NCBI GenBank assembly: GCA_951406725.2
Contig: OX597829.1
Span: 24,676,001-24,740,000, forward strand
Direction: 5' to 3'
Length of the DNA stretch: 64,000 nucleotides
Source: Octopus vulgaris
Lineage: Eukaryota
The notes beneath the pieces are model-generated. The model was not told the DNA's origin. It ran no database searches and saw nothing but the letters and a program-made list of their open reading frames with translations. Positions 1 through 12,246 of the stretch are shown here, in pieces. The position numbers and the translations under genes are program-made. How positions within the stretch are numbered: position 1 is the stretch's first letter; every line of letters begins with the position of its first letter.

Positions 1-1097
1 ACACAAAACCACACAGATGGGTGCTTACATGTGTATGTAATATTCAAACACAAAAGTGACTATGAACTCAAAATAATAAACTTTTGGCCCACTGACAAAT
101 CCAAAATTATTACTACAGTGTTACTACATTATTTCAGTACTGCTATATTATAGCTACATTATTAGTTCAGATATTACTTTCAATTGCTGAGCAACAAACA
201 AGAAGTACTTGGCTGACCTCCAGGTAACTCTAATCCCTCCAAGATAGAAGAAACATCATAAAAATAATTGTTTCAACATAAGTCACTCTAACCATTCCCA
301 AGATACGGGAAAGAAAGAAAGAAAAAAATTTAAATAACAGTAATCTAATTTTGAGACCTTATAATTATAGGTCTGGTGTTCATCTCAATTTAAGTAGATG
401 AGATAGAAATGACATATTGGATAGTAAACTATTATATCACACTGTGGTACCTACTTACAGCTCGGTAAACTGGACTGCTGGTAGTTAAGTGTGCTGGTCA
501 CAGAGACAGTACAGTGATCTATACCACTATATCACAATTACTTAAAGTATTCTCATATGTTTCTGAAACTAGTTTGTGTTTTCCTTTTTCTCATCATCAT
601 CATGATGACATCCATGTTTCATACTGGTATGCGTTAGACAGTTCAAGGACTGCATCATGCTTCAATGTCTGCTATTGTAGGGTTTCTACAGCTGGATACT
701 CTTTTTAACACCATCCACTTTACAGAGTGTACCAGGAGCATTTTTTTTTTCTGACACTGACACTAGTTTGAATATATGTGTGTGTGCGTGTATGTGTGTT
801 TGTATGTGTATAAATGAATGTGCATGCATTTGTGCCTTAGCACTCATATATGCGTGAGTCAGAACATACAATTCTTGCAAGCACACGAGTACTTAAATGC
901 ATAAACATGCATTTGCACAGATAGGTTAACATTTTCATGAATGAATGAATATCTGAATACCTGTTGTGTGCACTCAATAACCCAGTTGTACTATCATATA
1001 TGCGTTTTGTACAAAGTTATACATACATTTAAATACCATATACTTTAGATGTTTATGTGAAACAAAAGAATAAAAAGAACTTGTAAAAACTGTTTAC

Positions 1098-1186
1098 CTG
1101 AATGGATGTTAATATCGATGATACATCGTATGTTGGACTCCATCTATTCTGAAGTATATCCAAACATATGCTACCATCAGCGTAGA
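1098..1186 (-). CDS. UBE2A: Rad6/UBE2A coding exon 4 (89 nt; [30 protein letters not shown]) containing catalytic Cys88; the gene continues past the window start
   Basis: TTTTTTTCTGCTAG acceptor and GTAAAC donor; matches Rad6 residues 82-110. Cumulative CDS is 330 nt and in frame. Confidence 0.97.
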
Positions 1187-1904
1187 CTAGCAGAAAAAAA
1201 CAAAGACAACTTTATATTGCAGTTATTAATTAATAGGTTGGTTATTTAATGAGAAAAACTGGTAAAAATCAATTTCTTTCACGCATACATAGACAATTTT
1301 ACAAAGAGGAAAAACTCTAGATGAAATCTGAAATTTCAACATACATTTTATTATGCTCAATGGAGCATGAAAGACCAAGATATATCTGTTGAAATTTGGT
1401 CTTGGAGTAGGGAGAGATGAAAACTATCTTTAATTACTATTAAATGTCTAATTATATTCATTTGTTCAATATCTGTCTTCCCATGCTGGTTCAGATTTAG
1501 ACAGAGAATTATTTCAGGTAGGATTTTGTAACCAAATGCTGAACCTATTTCCAACTTTTGCTTGTTTTTCAAGTAAAGAATTCTTTCTTTATCCTTGAGG
1601 TCTTCAAATTTGCAGCATAACTGGTTATAACATAAATAAAGAATGTTACTTACATCAAAACTGCAAGTGACAAGTGAGGAATCTAAGAACATTAACACAC
1701 ATCATCATGTACACACACACACACACACTTGGCAGGCTTCCTGCAGTCTTCATCTAACAAGTCCCCATGCAAGGCATTAATTTGGTCAACCTGGGAAGTA
1801 TTGTATAAGATACTTACCATGGTGTTGCAAGGTGAAACTGAACTAAAAGTCACGGTTATGAACCAAACTTCTTGACCAGATAGGAAAAAATAAACACCAA
1901 CAGT

Positions 1905-2322
1905 CATAGCAGTGTGGTAAGAAGCTAGCTTCCCAACCACATGGCTCTGGGTTCAGTCCAACTGCATGTCACCTTGTCACCTTCTACTATAACCTACTAT
2001 ATAAGTCTAACTGCATATCACCTTCTACTATAACCTCAGGCCAACCAAAACCTTGTGAGTGGATTTAGTACATGGAAACTGAAAGCAGCGTATTGTATGC
2101 ATATATCTATGTGTATGTCTTTGTTTGCCACCGACCACATCACTACTTGACAACCAGTGTTGATGTGTTTACACCCCTATAACTTAGCAGTTCAGCAAAA
2201 GTGACTGATAAAGTAAGTACTAGGCTTAAAAATAAGTCCTGGGGTTGATTTATTCAACTAAAACCCTTCAAGGCGGTGCTCCAACATGACCATAATCAAA
2301 TGACTGAAACAAGTAAAAGAAA
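1905..2322 (+). mobile_element. SINE family A
   Basis: Aligns by eye with 61273-61645. Confidence 0.8.
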
Positions 2323-2397
2323 GTACCTAGGTTAGGAGGTGGTGGCAAGGAAACACTGTATACATAAACATACATGTGTGTGTATACACACACACGG

Positions 2398-3230
2398 GCA
2401 GTGAAAAACTGCCCGTGTCATTTCTCTGTTCAAAAAGGGTGACAACAAGTTGCCTGTCAACTATCATCTAGTCAGTCTTACCAACTGCATTGCAAACTGA
2501 AGGAATCTTGTGTCAGAGAAACACTCTGGAATTCTCACAACCTTATCTGGCCCTCACAATTTGGATTTATCCCTAAATCCAACAGCTGTGATCAACTTAT
2601 TGAGTTTCTTGAAGACATTACCTGGATTACTGATGGTAGCTCATAGGTCGAAGTTGTTTACCTTGACTTTGCTAAAGGTTTTAATTCTGTGCCACACAAA
2701 AGACTTATGGCAAAACTCTCTGCAATAGGTGTGAAAGATGATCTTTTTAACTGGTTGGAGTTCTTCATTCTCAGCTGAAAAGAGGTAGTCACAGTTCTAG
2801 GACAGCATTCTTCACCCTGTGAGATGTTATCTGGTGTATCACAGGGATCCATTCTTGGTCCCCTTTTGTTTGTTGCATACATTAATGATATAGATGCCAA
2901 CTTAAAGAATACCACAATGCTGAAATATGCAGATGACAAAGTGGGCATGCCTACAAAGTCAGAAAACAGCACAGCTCCCATGACTTTCAGAAACATTTTT
3001 TCACACTCAGAGGTACTGAAGCATGGAACAAACTACCTGCATCCTTTGAAACTTCCATGATTCCTGAAATTCGCCAACACTACGCCTGATATTCTCCCCT
3101 CAATACGCATGCACACGTGCATTTCATGACACATACACTATTCACTTTCCTGACATTTGCACATAATTCTATGTACTATACATGCAACTTTGATTTGAGC
3201 ACTGCACACAATAATTTCATTATTATTATT
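2398..3230 (+). mobile_element. CR1/L2-clade LINE reverse-transcriptase fragment, decayed
   Basis: Frameshifted motifs YLDFAK..SVPH, SGVSQGSILGPLLF..YIND and KYADD; (ATT)n-like tail near 3220. Confidence 0.85.
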
Positions 3231-4339
3231 TTTTTTTTATATACATCTATGCATATGTCTGAGTAAGGAGGGATTGCACTAAAACCTATTGGTATCAAAT
3301 GCATTATCTATCTATCCTCTTATGCTGGCAACCATCACTCACTCTCCCTCAGATATCTCTCCATTAGCTAAACTTTACAACCATAACCACCACCACCACT
3401 ACCACCACCCAATTTCATACTGCTAACTACCACTCCCCCCACCTCTGGTCACTCATTACTGACATCCATCACTTCCTCTCTCTCTCTCTCTCACCAATGA
3501 CCATTTTTACATCTATCCATCACAATCTCTTTCCCCTTCATGCCACTACTAATTCTCTTGTTGCATCATTTCTTCACTATTTCTCCATTTCCCCTTCTTC
3601 CACACATCATCCACCATGTTTTCCTTTTCCTCCCTCTCACCTAGGTTCATCTTTATTCACACTCTTACTTCTATCCATTCAATTGGTTACACTACTGCAA
3701 GTGAATGGAGACAGCAAACAGCAAAATGGACTCCACTACAAGACAATCTCACAAATGCTGAAGTTATGATAAATAGCATACAGTGCACTCTGTAAATTGC
3801 TTGGTGCTAGGAAAGCCAGCTGTAGAAACCACGCCAAAATTAAAACAAATGGGTGAAGCATGATTCCCCAACACATCTAAGAGAGGGAGAAGTCTGAAAT
3901 AACCAATTCAAACTCAGTTATTGCCATCCAATTCAACCCAGCATGGAAAGCAAACATGAAATGATGATGAAGCACATGTATCACACAGGTATCAACACTA
4001 TATCATTACCGTCTTCATCGTTTTTTGGTGTCTGCTTTCTATGCTGGCATGGGGTAGATGGTTTGACTGAAAGTGGTAAGCTGGAGAGTTATGCCAAGTT
4101 CCAGTTTGATTTAGGATGGTTCCAAGAGCTGGATGTCCATCCTAATGCCAACCACTCAAAGAGTGTCATGGATGCTTTTATGTGCCACAACTATGATTTC
4201 ACTTGGCTTGATGAGTCTTCTCAAGTACAGCATATCACCAAAGGTCTCAGTCGCTTGTCATTGTCATTTAAAGATTATGCTTCAGTACCTCGTCCCATGT
4301 CTTCCTGGGTCTACCTCTTTCACAAGTTCCCTTCACAGT

Positions 4340-4800
4340 TCAAGATTAGAGATTGGCACTTCTTTACACAGCTGTCCTCATCCATATGTATCACAAGACC
4401 ATACTAGCACACCACATCTGATGCCTTTTATGCCCAACTTTTCTCTCAAGATGCTTACACTCTGTTGTATACGCACACTGCATTGCACATCCAGCAAAAC
4501 ATACTGGTTTCATTTCTACAAGCCTACACATGTCCTTGGCAGTCATAGCCCATGTTTCACTGCTGTGTAACATGGCTCTTTGCACACAGCCATCATACAA
4601 TCTGCCCTTCACTTTGTGAGAGAGGCTCTTAGTTATCAACAGAGGTAGGAGCCCTCTGGACTTTGCCCAGCATATTCTTATTCTAGCAGCTACACTCTCG
4701 GAGCATCCACCTCCGCTCCTGACTTGGCCAGCTAGATAATAGAAGCTGTCAATTACTTCTAGCTTTCCTCCTAACAGAGGAGGGGGCATGATCAACAGTG
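4340..4800 (-). mobile_element. RTE-clade LINE 3' ORF fragment
   Basis: ORF 4391..4795 contains LEVIDSFYYL..GGCSESVAARIR..KGRLYDGCV..MLHSSETW, typical of the RTE C-terminal region. Confidence 0.8.
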
Positions 4801-5359
4801 AATATCAGTTCCAGGTGTGTGATTGCATGTGTGTATGTAGGAAATATGAGTGGGTAAGGAAGGAGGACGTGATAAATGGGGTGTACACAAAGAAAGGATG
4901 GAGAGCAGCATTGTAATAAACCTGTATAAATGAGTAATAGAGATGGTGTGAAGTGTGGAAAAGAGCTCAATAGCAAAGGCAGAGATCCGGGGTATGTAGG
5001 AGTAGATAGGTGACTGGATGGTTTTCTCTCTATCTCTATCTCTCATATATATATATATATTGAGAAAGAGAGAAACAAAGGAGTGTCAATGGCCAATATG
5101 AGACAGTGTCCAATAGTGGTATATGATATTAAGAAGAGTAATGGAGGGATGGTTATTTAGAAGACAGGTTGTGAGGCAGCTTGAATGCAGGGATATAGAC
5201 AAAATGATATGCTTTTAAGACCTCTCTTTTGCTGGGGTGGGCAGGTCTCCTCAAACACAATGAATCACAGTCATCTCACTCCTTTGCTATCTTTTCTGTA
5301 AGCTCAACATCCTGTAATTGGTCTTCACTACTCCTACTCACACCTTCCCAGGACTCCCT

Positions 5360-6560
5360 TTTCCACAGGTCACATTCACATTTAGTGATCAGCACTTTGT
5401 ACTACTGCACTCATCCATACTTGTCACAGTCATCTCCCCTGGACATCACATCTGATGCCTGTTATGCCCAGTTTTACTCTTAATACATTTGCCCTTTCCC
5501 ATATAAAGCACACTGACATAGCACATCCAATGGAGCAGTTATTTTCTTGTCTTTACATATCCTCTGCATTCACAGCTCACATTTCACAACCATGTAGCAT
5601 TGCTGTTTGTACACAAGCACCTTACAATCTATCATTCATTCTGAGAGAAAGAGAGCGGCTTTTGTTACCAACGGAGGTAATAGCTCTGAACTTTCCCCCA
5701 TTCTGTTCTTATTTTAGCAACTACTAGCAGTATCGCCCGGCGTTGCTCGGGTTTGTAAGGGAAATAACTATAAAGCATTTTTAGAGAGTTATAGCCAAAA
5801 AATGGGGAAAAAATGATGGTAAATTTTTTTTTTAGTTAAAAAGGTCGAGTTGCGTCCCCTAGACAGTCTGTGGTTTGTGTTTCTGATTCTCGACCCCATG
5901 TCGAATTTATCAATTTTTTTCAGAACTGGGGGAACTTTTCAAAATTTTCGCTGCGTTAGTTTTGAATTATGACATTGGGCTATGTACGTGTCAAGTTTCA
6001 TCAGAATCGGTTGAAAGCCGTGGTCAGGGTGAGGGTACAACCTAACAGACACACACAGACAAACTGCCGTTTATATATAGAGAGATGCTTTTAGAACATC
6101 CTACTCCACTGCAAATTAGGTCACTTAGGTAATAAATTATCTACTATCTCTAGCTAACCTCCTGGGCATCTGAGAATTTCTATTTCTCACAGGTTCTTAG
6201 TATCTATTGCTCTTGTGCATCTGTTACAAAAAAGTCCACTTTCTCCAAATTTTCTTGCAATTACACTGCAACTCTTATATAACTGTAATTTGCATCAAGT
6301 ACAGAATATAGAATTTCTACCTACTCCTTCTCTACATATAGAGTAGGGTCATTTTCCTAATGGAGGAAGCATTCAGTTTGTTTTCCTATTTACTATGACT
6401 TTGGTCTTTGTCAAGTTAACTTTAAGGCCCTTTCATTCCAAGTTTTGCTTCCACATCTGAAAGTTTTCTAATTCTATTACAGAATCAACTATTAGAACAA
6501 GGTCATCAGTATAAGAAGATTCTCATGGGCACTCACTCTTTAACTCCCCTGTTGTGTTTC
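5360..6560 (-). mobile_element. RTE LINE fragment interrupted by a Helitron
   Basis: Homologous to 4340-4800 and extends to the CPWE..YTDDLVL RT motif near 6500-6530. Confidence 0.7.
5724..6085 (-). mobile_element. Non-autonomous Helitron nested in an RTE LINE fragment
   Basis: Minus strand: 5' TC(TCTCTATATATAAA), 3' hairpin CCCGAGCAACGCCGGG then CTAG; inserted between A and T with no TSD. CpG-rich, so probably young. Confidence 0.8.
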
Positions 6561-8677
6561 CCCATTGCCTTTTTGACTTTAATGTTCCACAACTATGTCA
6601 CCCTCAGTCTGGCTGAAACTTTTCACCAACTACAGATTTGATCTGTAGCCATTAGTAAGTTGTCTTGCAGGACCTTCTAGTTGTCTTGTATGCTGTATGT
6701 CTATCTCCTCTTCCTTTTCAATTAATACTTAACTAGTACTTCTCTAAATTTCTGACTGTTCACTGAACTATTAAGCTTCCATTTTCCAAAGTGGTTTGTA
6801 TCTCTGTCCTTCTATCCCTAAGTCTGAAGTTACTAACCACTAGCCTATGTTGAGTTGTACATGCTTGACCAAGGAAAGACTGCATTTACAAGTATTTGCC
6901 TATTCCTGTTTGTGGTGAGAATATAGTCAATCTGGCTTGTGTTCCACCAAATTCATAGGTGATTACGTGCTTCTGGAATTTAGTAGAAGAAAACTGTGCA
7001 GGAACCCATCACATTACCATGCTCATATGACATGCAAACATACACATTAGTGCCTCCCCTCTCTGAGCTTATATTTGCAAGAATATCTGTGCATATGCGA
7101 GGAGGGGATGAGCAAGAAGTGTACTAGAATCACATATAGGCTGACTGCAGATTATAGGAGTTGTTAGTTCTCACAGTACTGTTAAAGAAAAAAAAATTCA
7201 ATACTCAGAATATTTCTTTAACCTACATGACCTAATCAGCAGTGGAGAAGGGTAATCTGAAAGTGATCAGAATAAGGACAACGTGAAAAAAGTGGATGTG
7301 CTAATACATCAGCTGACAACAACGATTTCTCTCTTCAAGGAAGTGGCAGATTGTATATTGTTTGTGTATGAAGTGTGTTGCTTACATGGTAGTGAGACAT
7401 GGGTATTGAATGAAGATATGAGAAAGTAGGATAGATGTGAAGCAAGCACAATCTTCTGGATATGTAATGTCAGTATGCATGAGCAACATAGTGAAGAAGA
7501 AATCAGTTGTAGTGTACAAGAGAGACAACTGGTTTGGTAAGGACATGTAATGCTCATGGAAGATGACAGAAGAGGAAAGAAGAGGAAGAAGAAGACATGA
7601 GCAGAGATGGTAAAGATTGATCTGGAGATGTCAAAAAGAGATGACAAAGAAACACCTATAGTGAGATGCTGTGTTAGAGAGGATACAGTGAGCTTGGGAA
7701 AGCGGATATAAAAATGATACTTATTTTATAATAATCATCTTTATTTAACAGCCACTTTTCTATGCTTGCATGGGTCAGATGGAAGTTGTTGAGACAGATT
7801 TTTCTATAGCCAGATTCCCTTCCTGCAGCCAACCTTAACTTGTTTCCAAACAAGGTAATATTTTCTCATAGCTAGGCATTTTTCTCAGAAGCTTAGAAAC
7901 AGCCTTGCTTCTATGACAATGATGCTCATTCACAACCATCACACACAACATTATGATTTTGCTACAAGGTCACAAGTTCTGTCTCACTGCATGGCATCTT
8001 GTATAGTTTCCTGCTATAGCTTCGGTGTTGTTGTGAGTGATATTAGAAGACGCGCGTGTGTGTGGTGGGGTGTATACAATGGGCTTATTTCGGTTTCCAT
8101 CTACAAAATCCACTCTCATGGCTTTGACTGACCTGAAGCTATAAGTAGAAGAAACATGCCTAACACACTACACAGTAGAACTGAAACTGAAACCATATGG
8201 TTTGAAGGCATACTTAGGCATGAAACTAAGTAGTAATATTTTAGTTCATTTAAGTGAAACATTTAATCTCTGAGAGTGCATAATGACTCAACATGTAGTC
8301 AATGCTATGACTTTAAATGAATTAAATATGAAGAATAGACTTCAAATATGCCCCAGAATGACATTACAATCGTAACTGACCAAATTACAAAATTTAAAGT
8401 AATTAAGATTACATAAATGAACAACCTGCCAATGGTTATATATTACTATATACCTGTCAACACAGTATATAGTAATAGGTACTACATTATCCAGCCCATA
8501 CCAGTACAGAAGACATGTAAAATTGTGATGAAAGAAAACAGAAAAAAGTTGTAACAGTGTCCATAGGAATTAAGCACCACATCATCTGCTGTAAACCATA
8601 TAACTGCTCACCACTACAACAAAGTGACATCACGATGTTATCTGTCCAAGTTAGAAAGCTTTACCTAAGATGCTAAG

Positions 8678-8715
<38 letters not shown>

Positions 8716-8716
8716 C

Positions 8717-9092
8717 TCTTTACTTGTTTCAGTCATGTGACTGGTGGCATGCTGGAGCACTGCCTTTAGTTGAGCTAATTGACCCCAGGACTTATGCTTT
8801 GTAAGCCTAGTACTTATTCTATTGGTCTCTTTTGCTGACCCACTAAGTTATGGGGACATAAACACACCAGCATCGGTTGTCAAGCAATGGTGGTGGACAA
8901 ACACAGACACACAAACACACACATATATACGATGGGCTTCTTTCAGCTTCCATCTATCAAATCCACTCATAAGGCTTTGGTTGGTCCGAGCCTATAGTAG
9001 AAGACATTTTCCCAAGGTGCCATGCAGTAGGACTGAACCCAGAACCATGTGATTGGTAAGCAAGCTACTTTCCACACAGCCACTCCTGTGCC
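8717..9092 (-). mobile_element. SINE family A
   Basis: Reverse complement of 61273-61645. Confidence 0.85.
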
Positions 9093-9168
9093 TACAATAT
9101 ATATATATTAGTCGAATAAAGTTAAAATATAGCCTGGTTTTTACATCTTTTATTATGGTATTTTAACA

Positions 9169-9206
9169 AAATTAGTGCTTTCATACATAGTGTACTCATC
9201 AGATTT
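9169..9206 (-). ncRNA. Minimal type-I hammerhead motif (mirror copy, sense to the Rad6 pre-mRNA)
   Basis: Minus strand reads aaat-CTGATGA-gtaca cta tgtat-GAAA-gcac-TA-attt; stem III has one CpG-type change (gcgc to gcac). Confidence 0.6.
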
Positions 9207-9308
9207 CAAATGTATTTAACTGACAGTTGAGTTCCTGACAACTTTAGTACCTCTTAGAGCACTCCAGCCAGCTGGTTGGAGCATTCTAAGAGGTACTAAA
9301 CACATTTT

Positions 9309-9346
9309 AAATCTGACGAGTACATTATGTATGAAAGCGCTAATTT
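9309..9346 (+). ncRNA. Minimal type-I hammerhead ribozyme motif
   Basis: aaat-CTGACGA-gtaca tta tgtat-GAAA-gcgc-TA-attt: stem I aaat/attt, intact core, 5-bp stem II, palindromic stem III AGCGCT, CUA cleavage triplet. Confidence 0.7.
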
Positions 9347-10018
9347 TGTTTAAACACCATATTAAAAAACGTGAAAACCAGACTACGTCTTAACTTTATT
9401 CAACTAATGTACAGATTCACACAAATTCGAAACTATATATATATATATATATCATAAATACAGTGTACATTTAAACACATAAGAGGTGGCCATAATAGGA
9501 CATCTAACCCACTAGAAGGAGTAGTTAAAATCCAAACCACTACAGGCTAGGCCACTGGTGGTAAGAAATTTTTAAATAATTTTTCACTACCCTGAAATTT
9601 ATATATATATATATACATTACACACACATAATCATCATCATTTATATAAAATGTACACAAACAGAATTGCCCAGATGAACAGCTGTATTTAGTTAGTTAT
9701 AAATATTTGGCGTTAATATACTTATATTTTTATATTTTTGTAAATTTATGTTTTTATAATTTTATTTTAAATTAATCTGAGTAACTGATTTCCAGAGAAG
9801 CAATGTTACTAAGGCACTAATGCTCCTAGAAAGGCATGAATGCCATAGTATTTCATGTGCACAAGCTTAATATCATTAACAATGTTTGTAGTGTCAAGTC
9901 TGAAAATAAAATTTAATACAATAGACACTTAAAACTACTTTAAAACATTCTAAATTCGAACCAGTTCTTTTACTAAGTGTAACACATTCTATTTTACTGC
10001 ACCTACACACCACATTAA

Positions 10019-10233
10019 CCTTTTAACATTTAAATTGGCTATATCTGGCTCAAATATTCTACGTGTTTTATGTACAAACCAGGCAAGTCTGACCTCACAC
10101 ACATACTCTAGAACGTTGTCCTAAAAATATATCATTGACATCTAAAAGCCATGAGATAAAATGCATGGCTAACTCAAAACAATGTGAATATAAAAAAACA
10201 TTACGTTGACATATTAATTTCAATGCTAGAGGG
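10019..10233. mobile_element. piggyBac-type MITE copy
   Basis: TTAA|CCTTTTAACATT ... AATGCTAGAGGG|TTAA. Confidence 0.7.
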
Positions 10234-11475
10234 TTAAGCAGATAAGACTAAGTTTAGCAAGCTGTCATATACTGAATAGGTGTGAAATTTAACATCTGCC
10301 CTTACATCTATCAATCTTTCACATTTTATTACACCAAACTGCAGCTGAAGGATATTTATTTCATATTTTCATGAAAAATAATGTTCTCACGAAGCACTTC
10401 CACTGCACATTTCCGGTTTATTATGACAACTAACAATACATATCAAAGTGAAATTTAAGTTTTACTGTTTCATTCAAATATGCTTTTCCCCCCCGCTTTT
10501 TTTTTTTTTTTTTTTAAAGAATACTTCCTTACCCTTCAATGACATTTCTATGGTTGAAAAGTAAAGCACAAAAACGAAAAAAAAAAAAAAAAGATCTATA
10601 TGAAATATGAGACCTTTTACATTAAAAATATTTAAACAAAAACTGAAATACTTGAAAGAAGCTCTAAGTCAATTAGCTTCTGGTTACAGTTACTGAAAAC
10701 AAAAGATCTGATATTTTGCAAATTTAGAATAAAACCATAAGGTTATTTAAATATTTATATTTGGTTTTTGCTAGATTAATCATTGTCTGGTTATTTTATT
10801 ATTAACCTTGTCATGTTGTATTCCTGCTGTAGCAAGAACAGGTTAAACATTATCTCTGTCATTATCTCTTGGTAAAATGGTAACGGAAAACACACATAGG
10901 GGGGAAAAAAAAGATGCAGCTAATTTTGTTCATTAGTTTGTCTGCAATCGTTACTCTTGAGCTGTATCTTAAATCTTTTACTTGTTTTAGTCATTAGGCA
11001 GTGGCCACGCTGGGGCACTGCCTTGAAGAACTTTTAGTCAAATGAATCAGCCCCAGTACTTATTCTTTAAAAGCCTGGTACTTATTTTATCAACCTCTTT
11101 TGTCAATCCACAAAGTTACAGGGAAATAAGAATTCGGTAGGTGGAAAATGCATGGAAAATCATGGTGTGTATGTTTCACATTTGTGCATCTCCAAATATT
11201 GTAAGCTAGAAGTGGTGACATCATTTTCCCTCTTAACAAATCATGAACTGGCTTTGTACTTTCAAAGAACTGTGAAATAAGAGATCCCTTACTTGAAATC
11301 TGGTAAGGGTTAGTGAAAAGAAGAGTCTCCAGCTATAAAACAATGCCTCAATAATATATTCATCTAAGCCATGCTATCCTGGTGAAATAGATATAAAAAA
11401 TACAAATGGAAAATTCCTAAACTCTTTAAAATGCCAACATTTTGGGGCTAGATTTTGCATAGTATAAGTATGACA

Positions 11476-11905
11476 TGGTAGTATGGTAAAAAGTTTGCTT
11501 CTCAACTACATGGTTTTAGATTCAGCCCCACTACATGATACCTTGGGCCATAGTCTTCTACTATAGTCCAGGGCTTACTAAAGTCTTGGGTGAATTTGAT
11601 AGACAGAAACTAGAAGAAGCCTGCCATATGTGCGTGCGTATGTGTGTGTATTTGCATGCACATGTTATTGTCTCCTTTCCTTAGCACGGCATGATATTTG
11701 TAAAGTGTTACTGTCATGCAAGCAGTGTCCTTTGTTTCTAATCTTCCGAGAACATGTCTGGTCACCGGGAAGTATTATCTTACTTGGAAACAGGTGAGAG
11801 TTGCTGACAAGAAGGGCATCCAGTCATAGAAAATCTGCCTCAGCAAATTTCGTCTGACACATGCAAGCATGGAAAAGTGGATGATAAGGAAAGATGACAA
11901 TGACA
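11476..11905 (+). mobile_element. SINE family C: family-A head with an RTE-type 3' tail (also ~7740-8220 minus and ~20910-21690 plus)
   Basis: Same tRNA head as family A, then a different body ending GAAGGGCATCCAG...CATGCAAGCATGGAAAAGTGG. Confidence 0.65.
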
Positions 11906-12130
11906 TGTAACTCACACAGACTGAGTTTTTAAGAATATGCCTCAAAAGGTAATTGTATTTTTAGCTGTTCTGTATGTACACAGGACTTTGAGCTCAAGTT
12001 GTATAATATTGTTTATCTGACTTGGTAAGAAATGAGCATGTTACATAGTGAACAAAAATACCAAAATGAAAATATACACTAAAAGAATGTAACATTTAAA
12101 TTATTAACGCCATAATCTGAAGATACATAC

Positions 12131-12246
12131 TATTTGGATGAAACATCTTTGATATAAATCTGACAGTAGGTGGTTTGTTGGGATATTCCTCTGTGAATTT
12201 TATTGTTAATTTGAAAGTCCCATCTTCAAATGGCGTATCATTTGGC
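12131..12246 (-). CDS. UBE2A: Rad6/UBE2A coding exon 3 (116 nt; [40 protein letters not shown])
   Basis: Lies inside ORF 12096..12281; CAG acceptor and GTATGT donor; carries the UBC-domain YPNKPP and HPN motifs. Confidence 0.97.

Larger units (their letters stand above)
9107..9408. mobile_element. Foldback element A (inverted repeat, centre 9271/9272) with a hammerhead motif in each arm; Penelope-like-element-derived candidate
   Basis: Arms 9107-9271 and 9272-9408 are reverse complements (the left arm has a 28-nt insertion); flanked by (TA)n. Confidence 0.8.

Noticed and set aside
1-1097. Final Rad6 exon (SLL..PNPNSPAN...)
   Set aside because: No matching sequence seen on the minus strand; it must lie outside the window.
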